From positions 1,760,001-1,824,000 of the forward strand of contig CBDBBI010000010.1 of assembly GCA_965202625.1 (NCBI GenBank): DNA of 64,000 bases. The letters are read 5' to 3'. This document shows, one piece after another, positions 1-10,186 of the stretch; the first letter of the stretch is position 1; each line of letters starts with the position of its first letter. A model generated the notes under the pieces. The model had not been told where the DNA came from and did no database searches. It saw nothing but the letters and a program-made list of their open reading frames with translations. Made by a program: the position numbers and the translations under genes. Origin of the DNA: a bacterium. GTDB lineage: Bacteria > UBA8248.

Positions 1-164
1 GTCGCCAAAAGGCGGAGCCAGCCCATAAGCGCGGCCAGAAACGCGAGCCCCATCGCCGTCGTCGCCACCCAGCCGGCAAATTTCTCCCCGCGTTTCCATC
101 CAAAGAGGAGGTTCACCACGACGCCGAGGAGGGGGAAAGCCAATATGAGAATTAAACTATCCAT
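1..164 (-). CDS. nuoL: NADH-quinone oxidoreductase subunit L, 5' part (runs off window)
   Basis: Translated by eye from ATG at 164: MDSLILILAFPLLGVVVNLLFGWKRGEKFAGWVATTAMGLAF; hydrophobic; follows nuoK. Confidence 0.9.
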   Translation of the reverse strand, partial: MDSLILILAFPLLGVVVNLLFGWKRGEKFAGWVATTAMGLAFLAALMGWLRLLA

Positions 165-176
165 CGTCCCTTGTTT

Positions 177-479
177 CTATAGCTTCAGCAGATTGAGCTC
201 ATCAAGATCGGTGGACTCCCGGTTGCGGTAGATCAACACTACGATGGCGAGGCCAATCGCCGCCTCCGCAGCGGCCACCGCCATCACGAAGAAAACGACC
301 ATCTGGCCCGCCATAGAATCCAGAAAACGGCCATAGGCCACGAACGCCAGATTCGCCCCGTTCATCATCAGCTCAATACATAGGATGACGACAATGGCGT
401 TTCTGCGCGCCACGACACCGACGACACCGAGGGAGAAGAGAATCGCGCTCAAAATTAGATAATGCTCAAGTGGTGCCAC
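177..479 (-). CDS. nuoK: NADH-quinone oxidoreductase subunit K
   Basis: 100 aa; IELMMNGANL and VAAAEAAIGLAI motifs; operon position. Confidence 0.97.
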   Translation of the reverse strand: MAPLEHYLILSAILFSLGVVGVVARRNAIVVILCIELMMNGANLAFVAYGRFLDSMAGQMVVFFVMAVAAAEAAIGLAIVVLIYRNRESTDLDELNLLKL

Positions 480-493
480 GCCCCCGCACTCCT

Positions 494-1012
494 CTACCGG
501 TTGCGCCGACGCGCCAACACCACGGCGCCGACAATACCAACGAACAACAAAACGCCCATGGACTGAAACGGCAGGACGTAGTCCGTCAAAAGAAGATTTC
601 CAATGATCTGCGTGTTCCCGAGCTCGCTCACGCGCTCGGGCGGAAAAACCCCGCGCTTGCCCGTCATGAGGGAGGTGGTAAGAAACATCTTCAGCAGCAC
701 GCTGAAGACGGCGAAGCCGGCCATAGCGCCCAACAACTTTTGGGCGGGCAACCGCAATTCCCTCTTCTCCTCACGCCCTAGGTTGATGAGCATCACCACG
801 AACAGGAAGAGCATCATGATCGCGCTAGCGTAGATGATCACCTGAACGATGGCGACGAACTGCGCGTGAAGCGAGAGATACAAACCGGCAAGGCCCAGAA
901 AGGTGAGTATCAGGGCGAGCACGCTGTAAAGGGGGTTGGGAAGCGCAACGACGGCCACCGCACCTACCGTCGTCACCGTCGCCAAAAAGTAAAAAAACAA
1001 GGAACTGGACAC
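494..1012 (-). CDS. nuoJ: NADH-quinone oxidoreductase subunit J
   Basis: Hydrophobic; QVIIYASAIMMLFLFVVML motif; between nuoI and nuoK. Confidence 0.95.
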   Translation of the reverse strand: MSSSLFFYFLATVTTVGAVAVVALPNPLYSVLALILTFLGLAGLYLSLHAQFVAIVQVIIYASAIMMLFLFVVMLINLGREEKRELRLPAQKLLGAMAGFAVFSVLLKMFLTTSLMTGKRGVFPPERVSELGNTQIIGNLLLTDYVLPFQSMGVLLFVGIVGAVVLARRRNR

Positions 1013-1057
1013 TACCGCCCATCCTCCAGCGAGCGGGTGCCCGCCTGAAATTGAACC

Positions 1058-1537
1058 CTAGACATATGTAAGTAGGTTTTTCTCGTCATAGCGGGCGTGC
1101 AGCTCCGGATAATCCTCAGTCCGACGCACCAGTAAATCCTCCTTCGCATAGAGGAACTTGCTCCGATCGTCCTGGCAAAATTCATATTCGTCGCCTAGGA
1201 CGATCGCGCCCACAGGACACGCCTCCTCGCAATATCCGCAAAAGATGCAGCGCAGCTCGTTGATCTCATAAACGCTAGCGTAGCGCTCGCCCTTCGATGT
1301 GGGCGCCGAAGGATCATTCTCCTCTGATTCCACGTAGATGCAGTCCACCGGACATGCCGCAGAGCAGAGTTTACACCCCACGCAGCGCTCCAGGCCGTCC
1401 TGCCAGCGCAACAGCTTGTGGAGACCGCGATAGCCCACGGGCATCTCCTCCTTCACGTCGGGGTATTGCACCGTCACCCGACTCTTGAAGGAATGCCTGA
1501 GCGTCAGCCACAATCCCCTAAAAATCTCGCCGAGCAT
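1058..1537 (-). CDS. nuoI: NADH-quinone oxidoreductase subunit I
   Basis: Two 4Fe-4S motifs CVGCKLCSAACP and CIFCGYCEEACP. Confidence 0.97.
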   Translation of the reverse strand: MLGEIFRGLWLTLRHSFKSRVTVQYPDVKEEMPVGYRGLHKLLRWQDGLERCVGCKLCSAACPVDCIYVESEENDPSAPTSKGERYASVYEINELRCIFCGYCEEACPVGAIVLGDEYEFCQDDRSKFLYAKEDLLVRRTEDYPELHARYDEKNLLTYV

Positions 1538-1563
1538 GAACCCTCTCCCCCTTCAGCGACACC

Positions 1564-2544
1564 CTAGCCAATGAAAACGATCGCGCCGGCCGTGACAATC
1601 ACGTTCAGGATGGACAGAGGCAGGAGCACCTTCCATCCAAAACCCATAAGTTGATCGTAGCGCAGGCGCGGCGTGGAAGCGCGCAGCCACATGAAGAAGA
1701 ACATGAACGCCAGCACCTTGAGCAAAAACCATACGACGGGCGGCAGCAGCGGCCCCCGCCATCCTCCAAGGAAAAAAGTCGCGCCGACTGCCGAGAGCGT
1801 AATCATCGCGCAATACTCGGCGAGAAAATAGACCGCGAAGTGCATGCTGCTGTATTCGGTATGAAAGCCGCCGGTGAGTTCGCTCTCCGCCTCGGGCAAA
1901 TCGAAGGGAGCCCGGTTCGTCTCCGCCAACATGCAAATGACGAAAAGCAGAAAACCCATGGGCTGCAATACGATATAGGGCAACTCCGCCTGATTCTCCA
2001 CGATTTCCTTAAGGCTCAGGGTACCAGAAAGCATGACCACACCAAGCAGCGACATGCCAAGCGAGAGTTCGTAGCTGATCAGCTGCGCCGCCGCCCGAAG
2101 CCCGCCGATAAGCGGATATTTGCTGTTCGACGCCCATGAGCCGAGCACGACCCCATAGACTCCCATACCCGCCAGGGCGAAAATGTACAGAATGCCAACG
2201 TTTACGTCGGCCACCACCAAATCCACCTTCTCTCCGAAGACCGTCACCGAGTCTCCAAAGGGCACGACAGCGAAAGCCGCCAGAGCGGGAATGAGCGTGA
2301 TGGCCGGCGAGAGGACGTAAATCACCTTGTTCGCCTGGGCGGGGATAATGGTTTCCTTAAACATGAGTTTGAGACCATCCGCAATGGGCTGAAGAAGCCC
2401 CGCCGGGCCCACACGGTTGGGGCCCACGCGCACCTGCACGAGCGCGAACACGCGCCGCTCCATCCACGTCATGTAAGCGGCGAGCAGCAAGAGCCCGCCA
2501 AAACCCACAAGAACCTTTGCGATGATGACGAGAAGCGAGGCCAT
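1564..2544 (-). CDS. nuoH: NADH-quinone oxidoreductase subunit H
   Basis: GPNRVGPAGLLQPIADGLKL and RAPFDLPEAESEL motifs. Confidence 0.98.
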   Translation of the reverse strand: MASLLVIIAKVLVGFGGLLLLAAYMTWMERRVFALVQVRVGPNRVGPAGLLQPIADGLKLMFKETIIPAQANKVIYVLSPAITLIPALAAFAVVPFGDSVTVFGEKVDLVVADVNVGILYIFALAGMGVYGVVLGSWASNSKYPLIGGLRAAAQLISYELSLGMSLLGVVMLSGTLSLKEIVENQAELPYIVLQPMGFLLFVICMLAETNRAPFDLPEAESELTGGFHTEYSSMHFAVYFLAEYCAMITLSAVGATFFLGGWRGPLLPPVVWFLLKVLAFMFFFMWLRASTPRLRYDQLMGFGWKVLLPLSILNVIVTAGAIVFIG

Positions 2545-5142
2545 CTACACGCCCGTCCCTTGTGTGATCACCACTTTTCTCACCTGAATCTCCACCCCCT
2601 GGCGCCCCGGCGCGTCTCCGAGGTTGAGGGCGGAACCCCCATGCGCGCGCAAATAGCCCTCCGGGGCGAAGACGACGCCGACGGGTGCGTTCTTCTCAAT
2701 CCGTATGGGAAGTTGAACGCGCGCGCCACCCATTTCGAATTCCACGAGCTCCCCATCCCCCGCGTCCAGGACTTCGGCGTCGGCGGGCGATACGACGAGC
2801 GCGGCACCGAGCATGTCGGCGAGATGCTGGGCCGACGCCGCATACGCTCCCGAGAGCCACAGAACAGGCGTCAGGAGCATCCGCAGGCCCGTACCGCGCG
2901 CCTCCTTCTCCGGAATAAGCGCGATCTGATACGCCCCGGTGCGCACCCTTTCCAGATGCAGTCCCTCGTCGGGAAGGCGGCCAAAGGCGTTCGCGTAATC
3001 GCCGACCAGCGCGCGCACCTGCGCCTGAATTCTATCGATCGATACCGCCCGTAGAGGTCGCTCCATCGCTTTGGCGACGTCCACGAACGCCTGCCAGGCG
3101 TCAGGCGTCATTTTCTCGATGGGCGGCTTGAGGGCGCGCGGAAGATACTGCACCCTGCGCTCCAGGTTTGTGACGCTGCCCGCCTCCTCATACAGCGTGG
3201 GCGCTGGAATTACCACGTCGGCGTATTCCGCGCTCGCGTTGAGGTGAGCAGTTTGCAGCACGACGAAATCGGCTTTCTCGAGCGCCGAGCGCGTGTGCGC
3301 GCCATCGGGACGCTCCGCCACCGGGTCGCAGCCCAAAAGATAAAGCGCTTTGAATTCGCCGCTCTCCAGTCCATTGATTATGCCGTTCGCGTTTTTGCCG
3401 GCCTTCGCGCTGGGTGGTCTCCCCCACGTCTCCTCGCAGGCGGCGCACTTCTTTTCATCCAACACGCCGCCCCCGGGCAAGGCGTCTGGGCGCAGGCCCA
3501 TGTCCATCGCTCCCTGAAGGTTCGGGACGCCGGCGGCGAAGAGCACGTTGGCGCGCAACAGTAACCCCAAGTTGATCGCCTCCGAGACAGCAACCTTACC
3601 CGTCTCTCCGGGTCCCGAGAGCACGCTCGCCGCGCCGTCCGCCTCCATGAGTGCATGGGCTGCAGCTTTGAAGTCCGAGGGTGCTATTTGTGCCTCCTCG
3701 CAAAGACGACTCACGTCCGAAGCAGCAAGGAGCCTGGCGTATTCTTCCGCGTTCGCCCCCTCTGGCCTCACCCCACCGTCCAAAAGACATTTCGCCAACG
3801 CCCGTAGTGTGCGCGAGACGCCACCTAGGGCGGGCGTCAGATGATGCGTCCGGCCTAGGACGCGCAGATCAACGCGTCTTTGGTTCACATTGACGATGAC
3901 GGCGCCCGCTCTATGCGCTTTTCTAATTTGAAGCGCGAGTATCGGATGCTGGGAGAACGGATCACTCCCCACGATAACGATGGCCTTCGAGCGGCCCAGC
4001 TCCGCAATCGTCCCCACCCCGCCTACTCCGCCAAAGGCCGCGTGCTGGGCGTCGGTTTGCGCAATGTCGCGCGGATGAATCCGGCTGTCGATGTGGTTGG
4101 TCCCCAGAACCGAACGCATGAACACGCCGAACGTATACGCAGTTTCGTTCGTGGATGCGGCCCCACCCAAGCCGGCGATCGCCTCGCCGCCCTCCCGCGT
4201 GATGATGGCGGCAAAACGCCGCGCCACCTCGCCAACGGCTTCCGCCCAGCCAACCGGCGTCAGATTACCGTCTTTTCGGATCATCGGCTGATAGACGCGC
4301 CCTTCCCCATGCGCTCCACTCCAACCATAGCGCGCGACGTCGCAAATCCACGTGTCGTTGATCTTCTCGTTCTCGCCCGCCGTCACGCGCTTGATCTCGC
4401 CGTCCTTCGTCCACACGCTCTGGCGGCAACCCACGCTGCACAGCACACAAGGAGCCTGAGTTTCCCGCATCTCCCACACGCGCGCGGTGAAACGGTATTT
4501 ATTGTCTGTGAGCGCACCGACGGGGCAGATGTCAATGACGTTGCCCGAGACGACGCTCGTCAGGGGCAAATCGCCAAAAACGCCTACCTCCGTTCGATCG
4601 CCCCTTTGCGACCAGCCAAATTCCGCCCCGCCGTCGATCTCCTCACTAAAACGGATGCAACGGGTGCAATGCACACAGCGGTTCATCTCCGGCTTGATAA
4701 AAGAGCTGATGTCCTTGGCCGCATACACGCGCCTGGCCTCATGCGTTCTGCTGATCGCCTTGCCATAGGCCATGGTCTGATCCTGCAAAGGACATTCGCC
4801 ACCTTGATCGCACACTGGACAATCGAGCGGGTGGTTTTTCAGCAAAAACTCAAACACCCCCTCCTGGGCCTCCACAACGCGAGGGGTTTGCGAGCTGACC
4901 ACCATACCCTCGGCCGCCGGCGTGGCGCAGGAGGGTTGAAGTTTCGGTATCGGTTTGCCGTTACCGGCGTCCAGGACCTCCACGAGACAGGCACGGCACT
5001 GGCCCACGATGGAGAGGTTCTTGTGATAACAAAAATGCGGAACGTGGGCGCCCATCCGCAAGGCAGCCTCTAGAACGGGCAAGTCCTTCTCTATCGTGAC
5101 GCTCCGCTCGTTGAACACGAACGTTACCCGCTCATTCGCCAT
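2545..5142 (-). CDS. nuoG: NADH-quinone oxidoreductase subunit G
   Basis: PHFCYH..CRACLVE, HPLDCPVCDQGGECPLQD, RCVHCTRCIRF, CVLCSVGC motifs. Confidence 0.97.
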   Translation of the reverse strand: MANERVTFVFNERSVTIEKDLPVLEAALRMGAHVPHFCYHKNLSIVGQCRACLVEVLDAGNGKPIPKLQPSCATPAAEGMVVSSQTPRVVEAQEGVFEFLLKNHPLDCPVCDQGGECPLQDQTMAYGKAISRTHEARRVYAAKDISSFIKPEMNRCVHCTRCIRFSEEIDGGAEFGWSQRGDRTEVGVFGDLPLTSVVSGNVIDICPVGALTDNKYRFTARVWEMRETQAPCVLCSVGCRQSVWTKDGEIKRVTAGENEKINDTWICDVARYGWSGAHGEGRVYQPMIRKDGNLTPVGWAEAVGEVARRFAAIITREGGEAIAGLGGAASTNETAYTFGVFMRSVLGTNHIDSRIHPRDIAQTDAQHAAFGGVGGVGTIAELGRSKAIVIVGSDPFSQHPILALQIRKAHRAGAVIVNVNQRRVDLRVLGRTHHLTPALGGVSRTLRALAKCLLDGGVRPEGANAEEYARLLAASDVSRLCEEAQIAPSDFKAAAHALMEADGAASVLSGPGETGKVAVSEAINLGLLLRANVLFAAGVPNLQGAMDMGLRPDALPGGGVLDEKKCAACEETWGRPPSAKAGKNANGIINGLESGEFKALYLLGCDPVAERPDGAHTRSALEKADFVVLQTAHLNASAEYADVVIPAPTLYEEAGSVTNLERRVQYLPRALKPPIEKMTPDAWQAFVDVAKAMERPLRAVSIDRIQAQVRALVGDYANAFGRLPDEGLHLERVRTGAYQIALIPEKEARGTGLRMLLTPVLWLSGAYAASAQHLADMLGAALVVSPADAEVLDAGDGELVEFEMGGARVQLPIRIEKNAPVGVVFAPEGYLRAHGGSALNLGDAPGRQGVEIQVRKVVITQGTGV

Positions 5143-5159
5143 CTATCGTCTCTCCCCCA

Positions 5160-6464
5160 TCACACAGCAGCGGGATACGGGCTGCCCAGAGGACAACGGC
5201 CCAGAGAGATGTGTCGCTCAAATTCATCGTGAAACTTCGTCAAGAACGCACCAAACATCATAGCGCACGCATCCGAGAGCACGCAGATGGTGTTACCGCG
5301 CATATTGGGGTCAATCGACGCGAGCGTCTCTAAGTCGTCGGTCTTTCCCGCGCCTTTTTCCACCCGGCCCAGAATCTCCGAAACCCAGCCGGTTCCCTCC
5401 CGGCACACCGAGCACTGCCCGCAGGACTCGTGCTCGAAAAAGGCGGCGAGCCTGCCTGCAGCCTGCACCATGCACGTGGTCTCGTCCATGACGATAACGC
5501 CGCCGCTGCCGCCCATGCTGCCCGCCCGGGCAAGGGAGTCAAAATCCATTCTCACCTTGTCCTCATATACCTCCCGGGCGTTGAGCACCGGCGCGCTCGC
5601 CCCGCCCGGAATCACCGCCTTCAGGGCGGCGCCGTTCCTCATCCCGCCGCAATGCGCATGAATCATATCTTCGCAAGTCAGGCCGAGCGGCAGTTCATAA
5701 AGCCCCGGCTTCGCCACGTGGCCAGAGACGCAATACATGCGCGTGCCGGCGTTCTTCTCGTCAACCCCGATTCCAGCGAACCACTCTGCTCCCCTGTTCA
5801 CGATGTGCGGAAGATTCGATAGGGTCTCCACGTTGTTGATGACCGTCGGACGCCCATATAGACCAACGACCGCCGGAAACGGCGGCTTCAGGCGCGGGTG
5901 CCCGCGCTTGCCCTCAAGTGATTCGAGAAGTCCGGTCTCCTCGCCGCAAATGTAGGCCCCGGCGCCCCGGTGGGTATCGATATCGCACGAGAAGCCACTG
6001 CCGAAGACGTTGCGGCCAACGTATCCCCTATCGTAGGCTTCCGCCAGCGCCCTCTCCAGCACGCGCCAAGGGGCGACGAACTCGCCCCGAATATAGACGT
6101 AAGCCTTCTCGATGCCCACGGCGTAGCAAGCGATGAGAATACCCTCAATGAGCTGGTGCGGGTCGCGCAGCATCAATTCGCGATCCTTGAACGTGCCGGG
6201 CTCCCCCTCGTCCGCGTTGACGGCCAGGTATTTCGGCCCTTCCACCTGTGGCACGAAACTCCATTTGAGGCCGCACGGAAAACCAGCGCCGCCGCGCCCG
6301 CGCAGGCCCGACGCCTTGACGAGCTCGATAACGTCGGAGGGCGTCGTCGCGCCGAGTATCCGCCGAATCGCCTCGTAGCCGCCCGACGCCTCATAGCCCC
6401 CTATGCGCGGCGCACCCGGATTATTGAAGCGGCCCGTCACAATTTTTTCCAAAACCAGCGCCAT
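5160..6464 (-). CDS. nuoF: NADH-quinone oxidoreductase subunit F
   Basis: GLRGRGGAGF, NADEGEPGTFKDR, GAGAYICGEET, ESCGQCSVCREG. Confidence 0.98.
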   Translation of the reverse strand: MALVLEKIVTGRFNNPGAPRIGGYEASGGYEAIRRILGATTPSDVIELVKASGLRGRGGAGFPCGLKWSFVPQVEGPKYLAVNADEGEPGTFKDRELMLRDPHQLIEGILIACYAVGIEKAYVYIRGEFVAPWRVLERALAEAYDRGYVGRNVFGSGFSCDIDTHRGAGAYICGEETGLLESLEGKRGHPRLKPPFPAVVGLYGRPTVINNVETLSNLPHIVNRGAEWFAGIGVDEKNAGTRMYCVSGHVAKPGLYELPLGLTCEDMIHAHCGGMRNGAALKAVIPGGASAPVLNAREVYEDKVRMDFDSLARAGSMGGSGGVIVMDETTCMVQAAGRLAAFFEHESCGQCSVCREGTGWVSEILGRVEKGAGKTDDLETLASIDPNMRGNTICVLSDACAMMFGAFLTKFHDEFERHISLGRCPLGSPYPAAV

Positions 6465-6476
6465 TTTCTGAATCCT

Positions 6477-7061
6477 TCAGCCTTGCGTCTCGCCAGAGGG
6501 TGCCGCCGCGCCGGCGACCGCGTCAGCTCCGATGGGCACGACCTCCTCACCCTTCTCCAGGGCGCTGAAAATATCGTCCATCACCTCGATTGTGATGCGC
6601 TCAAAGTAATCCTCGTTAATCTGCACGCACGGCGCGCCGCCGCAGGCGCCCAGACATTCGACCGCCTCGATCGAGAATTTTCCATCCGTCCGCGTCTCGC
6701 CCACCCGACAACCCAGGCGATTCTCCACCTCCTGCAGCAGCTTGCCCGCCCCCATGAGCGCGCATGAGAGGTTGTTGCACACCTGTACGTGGTATTCCCC
6801 GATGGGCTGGGTCTTGAGCATGGTGTAGAAACTCACCACCCCCCACACCTCCATGGGGGAGACCTCAAAAATCTCGGCTACGCGGCGCATCGCCGCGCTG
6901 GTGATGAAGCCTGCCTGCTCCTGCGCCAGCCACAACGCGGGGATGAGGGCGGAGCGCTTCACCGGATACTTCTCAATAACGCGATCGAGCACCGCGCGGG
7001 CCTCGGGCGAGAACTCGAAACGCTCATTCTCCTCCGCATGGGGAAACTGTATCAACGCCAA
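6477..7061 (-). CDS. nuoE: NADH-quinone oxidoreductase subunit E
   Basis: VCNNLSC and ECLGACGGAP 2Fe-2S ligands. Confidence 0.96.
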   Translation of the reverse strand: MALIQFPHAEENERFEFSPEARAVLDRVIEKYPVKRSALIPALWLAQEQAGFITSAAMRRVAEIFEVSPMEVWGVVSFYTMLKTQPIGEYHVQVCNNLSCALMGAGKLLQEVENRLGCRVGETRTDGKFSIEAVECLGACGGAPCVQINEDYFERITIEVMDDIFSALEKGEEVVPIGADAVAGAAAPSGETQG

Positions 7062-7084
7062 AACAACGCCACCCTCCGCCTCTC

Positions 7085-8305
7085 CTAGCGATCTATCTCG
7101 CCCAGAACGATGTCGATGCTCCCGATGGCAGCCACGACGTCTCCCATCAGCCCTCCTCCAGTGATCTCGGAAAGCGCGTGGAGATTCGCGAAACTCGGCG
7201 CGCGCACCTTCACCTTGTAAGGACTTGGGCCGCCATCGCTGATGATGTAATAGCCGAGCTCGCCCCGGGGGGATTCGATGGCATGGTACACCTCGCCCTC
7301 CGGCACGCTGTAGCCTTCGGTGAATATTTTGAAATGGTGAATCAACGCCTCCATGTCATGGGCCAGCTGCTCCTTGGGCGGCGGCACCACCTTGGGGTTG
7401 TCCGCCATAAGGGGACCCTCGGGCACTCCCTCAAGCGCCTGCATGGCGATGCGACGGGATTGGCGCATCTCGGCAATCCGCACGAGATACCTGTCCATGA
7501 TGTCGCCCCGCGCACCCACGGGGACCTCGAAGTCGAACTCCTCATAGCCCGAATAGGGTTCGTTCTTGCGAATGTCGTAGGGGACGCCGCACGCCCTGAG
7601 CAACGGCCCGGTGACGCCCAGCGCAAAGGCCCGATCCGCCGTCATCGGGCAAACGCCCCGCGCGCGCCTTCTGTAGATAGGGTTGTCCGTGAGCAACTCC
7701 TCATACTCGTCCACACGCTCGGAGAAGGGGGCGAGAAAATTCCGGCAATCCTCATAGAAGGCCGCGTAGGGCTCCCGGGAGACGCCGCCCACCCGAAAAT
7801 AGCTCGTCATCATGCGCACTCCGGAGACTTTCTCGAAAATTCGGAGAAGCTGCTCCCGCTCTCTGAAGCAATACAGAAAGACGGTCATCGCGCCCAGGTC
7901 GAGGGCGTGGGTGCCGAGCCAGACCAGATGGCTGTTCAGGCGCGTCATCTCGGCGAGCAGCACGCGCAGATACTTACAACGGCGGGGAACCTCCAGTCCC
8001 AGAAGCTTCTCCACCGCCAGAACGAAGCCGAAATTGTTCGACATCGGCGCGAGGTAATCCATGCGATCGGTCATGGGGAGTGCCTTGTTGTAGGTTTTCT
8101 CCTCCATGTTCTTCTCAATGCCGGTATGCAGATACCCGATTATCGGCTTGCAGGAGAGTACCGTCTCGCCATCAAGCTCGAGCACCACGCGCAACACGCC
8201 GTGGGTGCTCGGGTGTTGCGGCCCCATGTTGAGCGTCATCGTCTCGGTCTCTATGGGGCCGAGCATGTCACTGTCGAGCGGGTGCTGCGCTTGTTGCGTG
8301 GCCAT
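7085..8305 (-). CDS. nuoD: NADH-quinone oxidoreductase subunit D
   Basis: NMGPQHPSTHGVLR and DIVLGEIDR; start moved to ATG 8305 (MATQQ) behind AGGAGG. Confidence 0.97.
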   Translation of the reverse strand: MATQQAQHPLDSDMLGPIETETMTLNMGPQHPSTHGVLRVVLELDGETVLSCKPIIGYLHTGIEKNMEEKTYNKALPMTDRMDYLAPMSNNFGFVLAVEKLLGLEVPRRCKYLRVLLAEMTRLNSHLVWLGTHALDLGAMTVFLYCFREREQLLRIFEKVSGVRMMTSYFRVGGVSREPYAAFYEDCRNFLAPFSERVDEYEELLTDNPIYRRRARGVCPMTADRAFALGVTGPLLRACGVPYDIRKNEPYSGYEEFDFEVPVGARGDIMDRYLVRIAEMRQSRRIAMQALEGVPEGPLMADNPKVVPPPKEQLAHDMEALIHHFKIFTEGYSVPEGEVYHAIESPRGELGYYIISDGGPSPYKVKVRAPSFANLHALSEITGGGLMGDVVAAIGSIDIVLGEIDR

Positions 8306-8321
8306 AGCGGCCTCCTGCTCC

Positions 8322-8882
8322 CTATTCCACCGCTTGGGGCTTGCCCGGGGGCGTGTCCCTGAAAGTGAACGCCACCGGCTCGGAAGAGATGTCAAAATCC
8401 TTGCGGTGGGGATAGCCCTCGAACCCCTCGGGCGTGAGAATACGCTCCAGCTCGGGATGTCCCTCAAAAGCGATCCCCAGCAGGTCGTACGCCTCGCTCT
8501 CATGGAGTCTCGCGCCCGGCCACACCCCGCAGACGCTGGGCACAGCCGGCGCCAGATCGTCCGCGCAAGGCGCCTCAAGGCGCAGACGCCTCGACTTTTC
8601 CATATTGAGGAGCGAATACGTCACCTTGAAACGATAGGGAACCGGCAGCTCCAGACAATCCACCCCGCAGACGAAACTCAACAGGTTGTATCCCCTTTCA
8701 TCACGCAGAAAACGCGCCGCCTCCAGCATCGCCGTCGGCGCGATTCGCGCGAAGATTTGGCCGCAATTCTCGCCCGCCCCGAGAAAATCTTCCCCGATCT
8801 TCACCCTCAACAAAACGATATCGGGGTCTTTTTTCCAGGTCGGCACATCCGCCTCCGCCCGCTCTCGCTCCTTTTCAGCCAA
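8322..8882 (-). CDS. nuoC: NADH-quinone oxidoreductase subunit C
   Basis: ESEAYDLLGIAFEGHPELERIL..GYPHRKDF; TTG start at 8882 chosen from the upstream GAAGGAG. Confidence 0.93.
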   Translation of the reverse strand: MAEKERERAEADVPTWKKDPDIVLLRVKIGEDFLGAGENCGQIFARIAPTAMLEAARFLRDERGYNLLSFVCGVDCLELPVPYRFKVTYSLLNMEKSRRLRLEAPCADDLAPAVPSVCGVWPGARLHESEAYDLLGIAFEGHPELERILTPEGFEGYPHRKDFDISSEPVAFTFRDTPPGKPQAVE

Positions 8883-8995
8883 CGGCTTCGCTCCTTCATT
8901 CCTCAAAAGCCCGTTTGCGCTTCACGAACAGGCTCCTCGCACCGTATTCGCGCCGCTTCTCAACTCAAAATGGCGTGGGAATGTTCGCGCGTCGT

Positions 8996-9493
8996 CTAAA
9001 GCGTGGCGGCCCTGGAATCCTCTCGGTAGAGCCGCTCGCTCGCAATCTTCGCCTGGAGCTTCATGATGCCGTCAATGAGCGTCTCCGGGCGAGGCGGACA
9101 GCCCGGAACGTAAATGTCAACGGGCACGACCTCATCCACACCTTGTACAAGCGCGTAGTTGTTGAATATCCCGCCCGTGGAGGCGCACGCGCCCATGGAG
9201 ATCACCCATTTCGGCTCGGGCATCTGATCGTATATCTGGCGGAGCACGGGCGCCATCTTGCGCGAGACCCTGCCCGCCACGATCATGAGATCTGCCTGGC
9301 GGGGCGACGCGCGAAACACCTCAGCACCGAAGCGCGAGATGTCATATTTCGCCGCCGAGGTTGACATCATCTCGATGGCGCAACACGCCAGGCCAAAAAG
9401 CGCGGGCCACAGGCTGTTCTTCCGCGCCCATTTGATGACGTCGGCCGCGCGGCCTAGAACCAGCTGGCCCTCCAGTTGCTGTTCTAGTCCCAT
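8996..9493 (-). CDS. nuoB: NADH-quinone oxidoreductase subunit B
   Basis: [26 protein letters not shown]. Confidence 0.97.
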   Translation of the reverse strand: MGLEQQLEGQLVLGRAADVIKWARKNSLWPALFGLACCAIEMMSTSAAKYDISRFGAEVFRASPRQADLMIVAGRVSRKMAPVLRQIYDQMPEPKWVISMGACASTGGIFNNYALVQGVDEVVPVDIYVPGCPPRPETLIDGIMKLQAKIASERLYREDSRAATL

Positions 9494-9840
9494 TCGAGCG
9501 CTCCCCGACGCCATTCATATACCAGGCTGGCCAGCAGCAGGCCCATGAAGGGCAGAATTGCGAGAAACCCATAGACGCCCAGACGCTTGAGGTTCACCGC
9601 CCACGGGTACAAAAAAATGGTCTCCACGTCAAAAACGATGAACAAAATAGCCACTAGAAAGAATTTCACGCTGAAACGCCCTCGTGCGTTCGAGCGGGGG
9701 ACGATGCCGCACTCATAGGGGAGGTCCTTCTCCACCGTGGACTTGCGCCTTCCCATCAGAAAGGTCACGAGCAGGTTCAGGACGGCGAACGCAGTCGCCA
9801 AAGCGATCAGTATCAATATGGGCAAGTATTCTTCCGGCAT
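9484..9840 (-). CDS. nuoA: NADH-quinone oxidoreductase subunit A
   Basis: [30 protein letters not shown]. Confidence 0.97.
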   Translation of the reverse strand: MPEEYLPILILIALATAFAVLNLLVTFLMGRRKSTVEKDLPYECGIVPRSNARGRFSVKFFLVAILFIVFDVETIFLYPWAVNLKRLGVYGFLAILPFMGLLLASLVYEWRRGALEWD

Positions 9841-9901
9841 CCCTCGCCTCCTGAAGCACAACGTCTTCGTCTCGCTTTGCGCCCATCCTCACGCGAGCCG
9901 C

Positions 9902-9931
9902 ATCTTACGGCTGGCGTCCCGCCAGTGTCAA
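9902..9931 (-). promoter_or_regulatory. Putative sigma70 promoter of nuo operon
   Basis: Minus strand TTGACA-18 nt-TAAGAT about 60 nt upstream of nuoA; the spacer contains the inverted repeat CTGGCG-GGA-CGCCAG. Confidence 0.5.
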
Positions 9932-10186
9932 CAATACGGCGCGCCACGAGAGGAAGCCGCATTCCAAACGAATGCGGCCCAAACCGCGCCTTCGGCAAAC
10001 GCGCCCGCCGATCAAGGTTTCCATCGCGCGCGTCATCAAGGCTAAATTTGTGGAAATCGCCCCTCGCCGCCGTCGGCTCCTTGCGAGAGCGAGAGCGTTC
10101 TCTTAAGTTTTAAGTTGCGCGCGCCAGAGAGCGGGCGATACAATTTCCTTGGCGTTTCCCACGCCGCCAGGGGAGGATTCCACGAC

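Noticed and set aside
8306-8578. N-terminal extension of the nuoD ORF suggesting a nuoCD fusion
   Set aside because: Overlaps nuoC in another frame; nuoC has its own stop and nuoD its own RBS
3880-8999. Long plus-strand ORFs (3880-5073, 5970-6767, 7178-8362, 8106-8999)
   Set aside because: Antisense shadows of nuo genes in GC-rich DNA; no protein motifs
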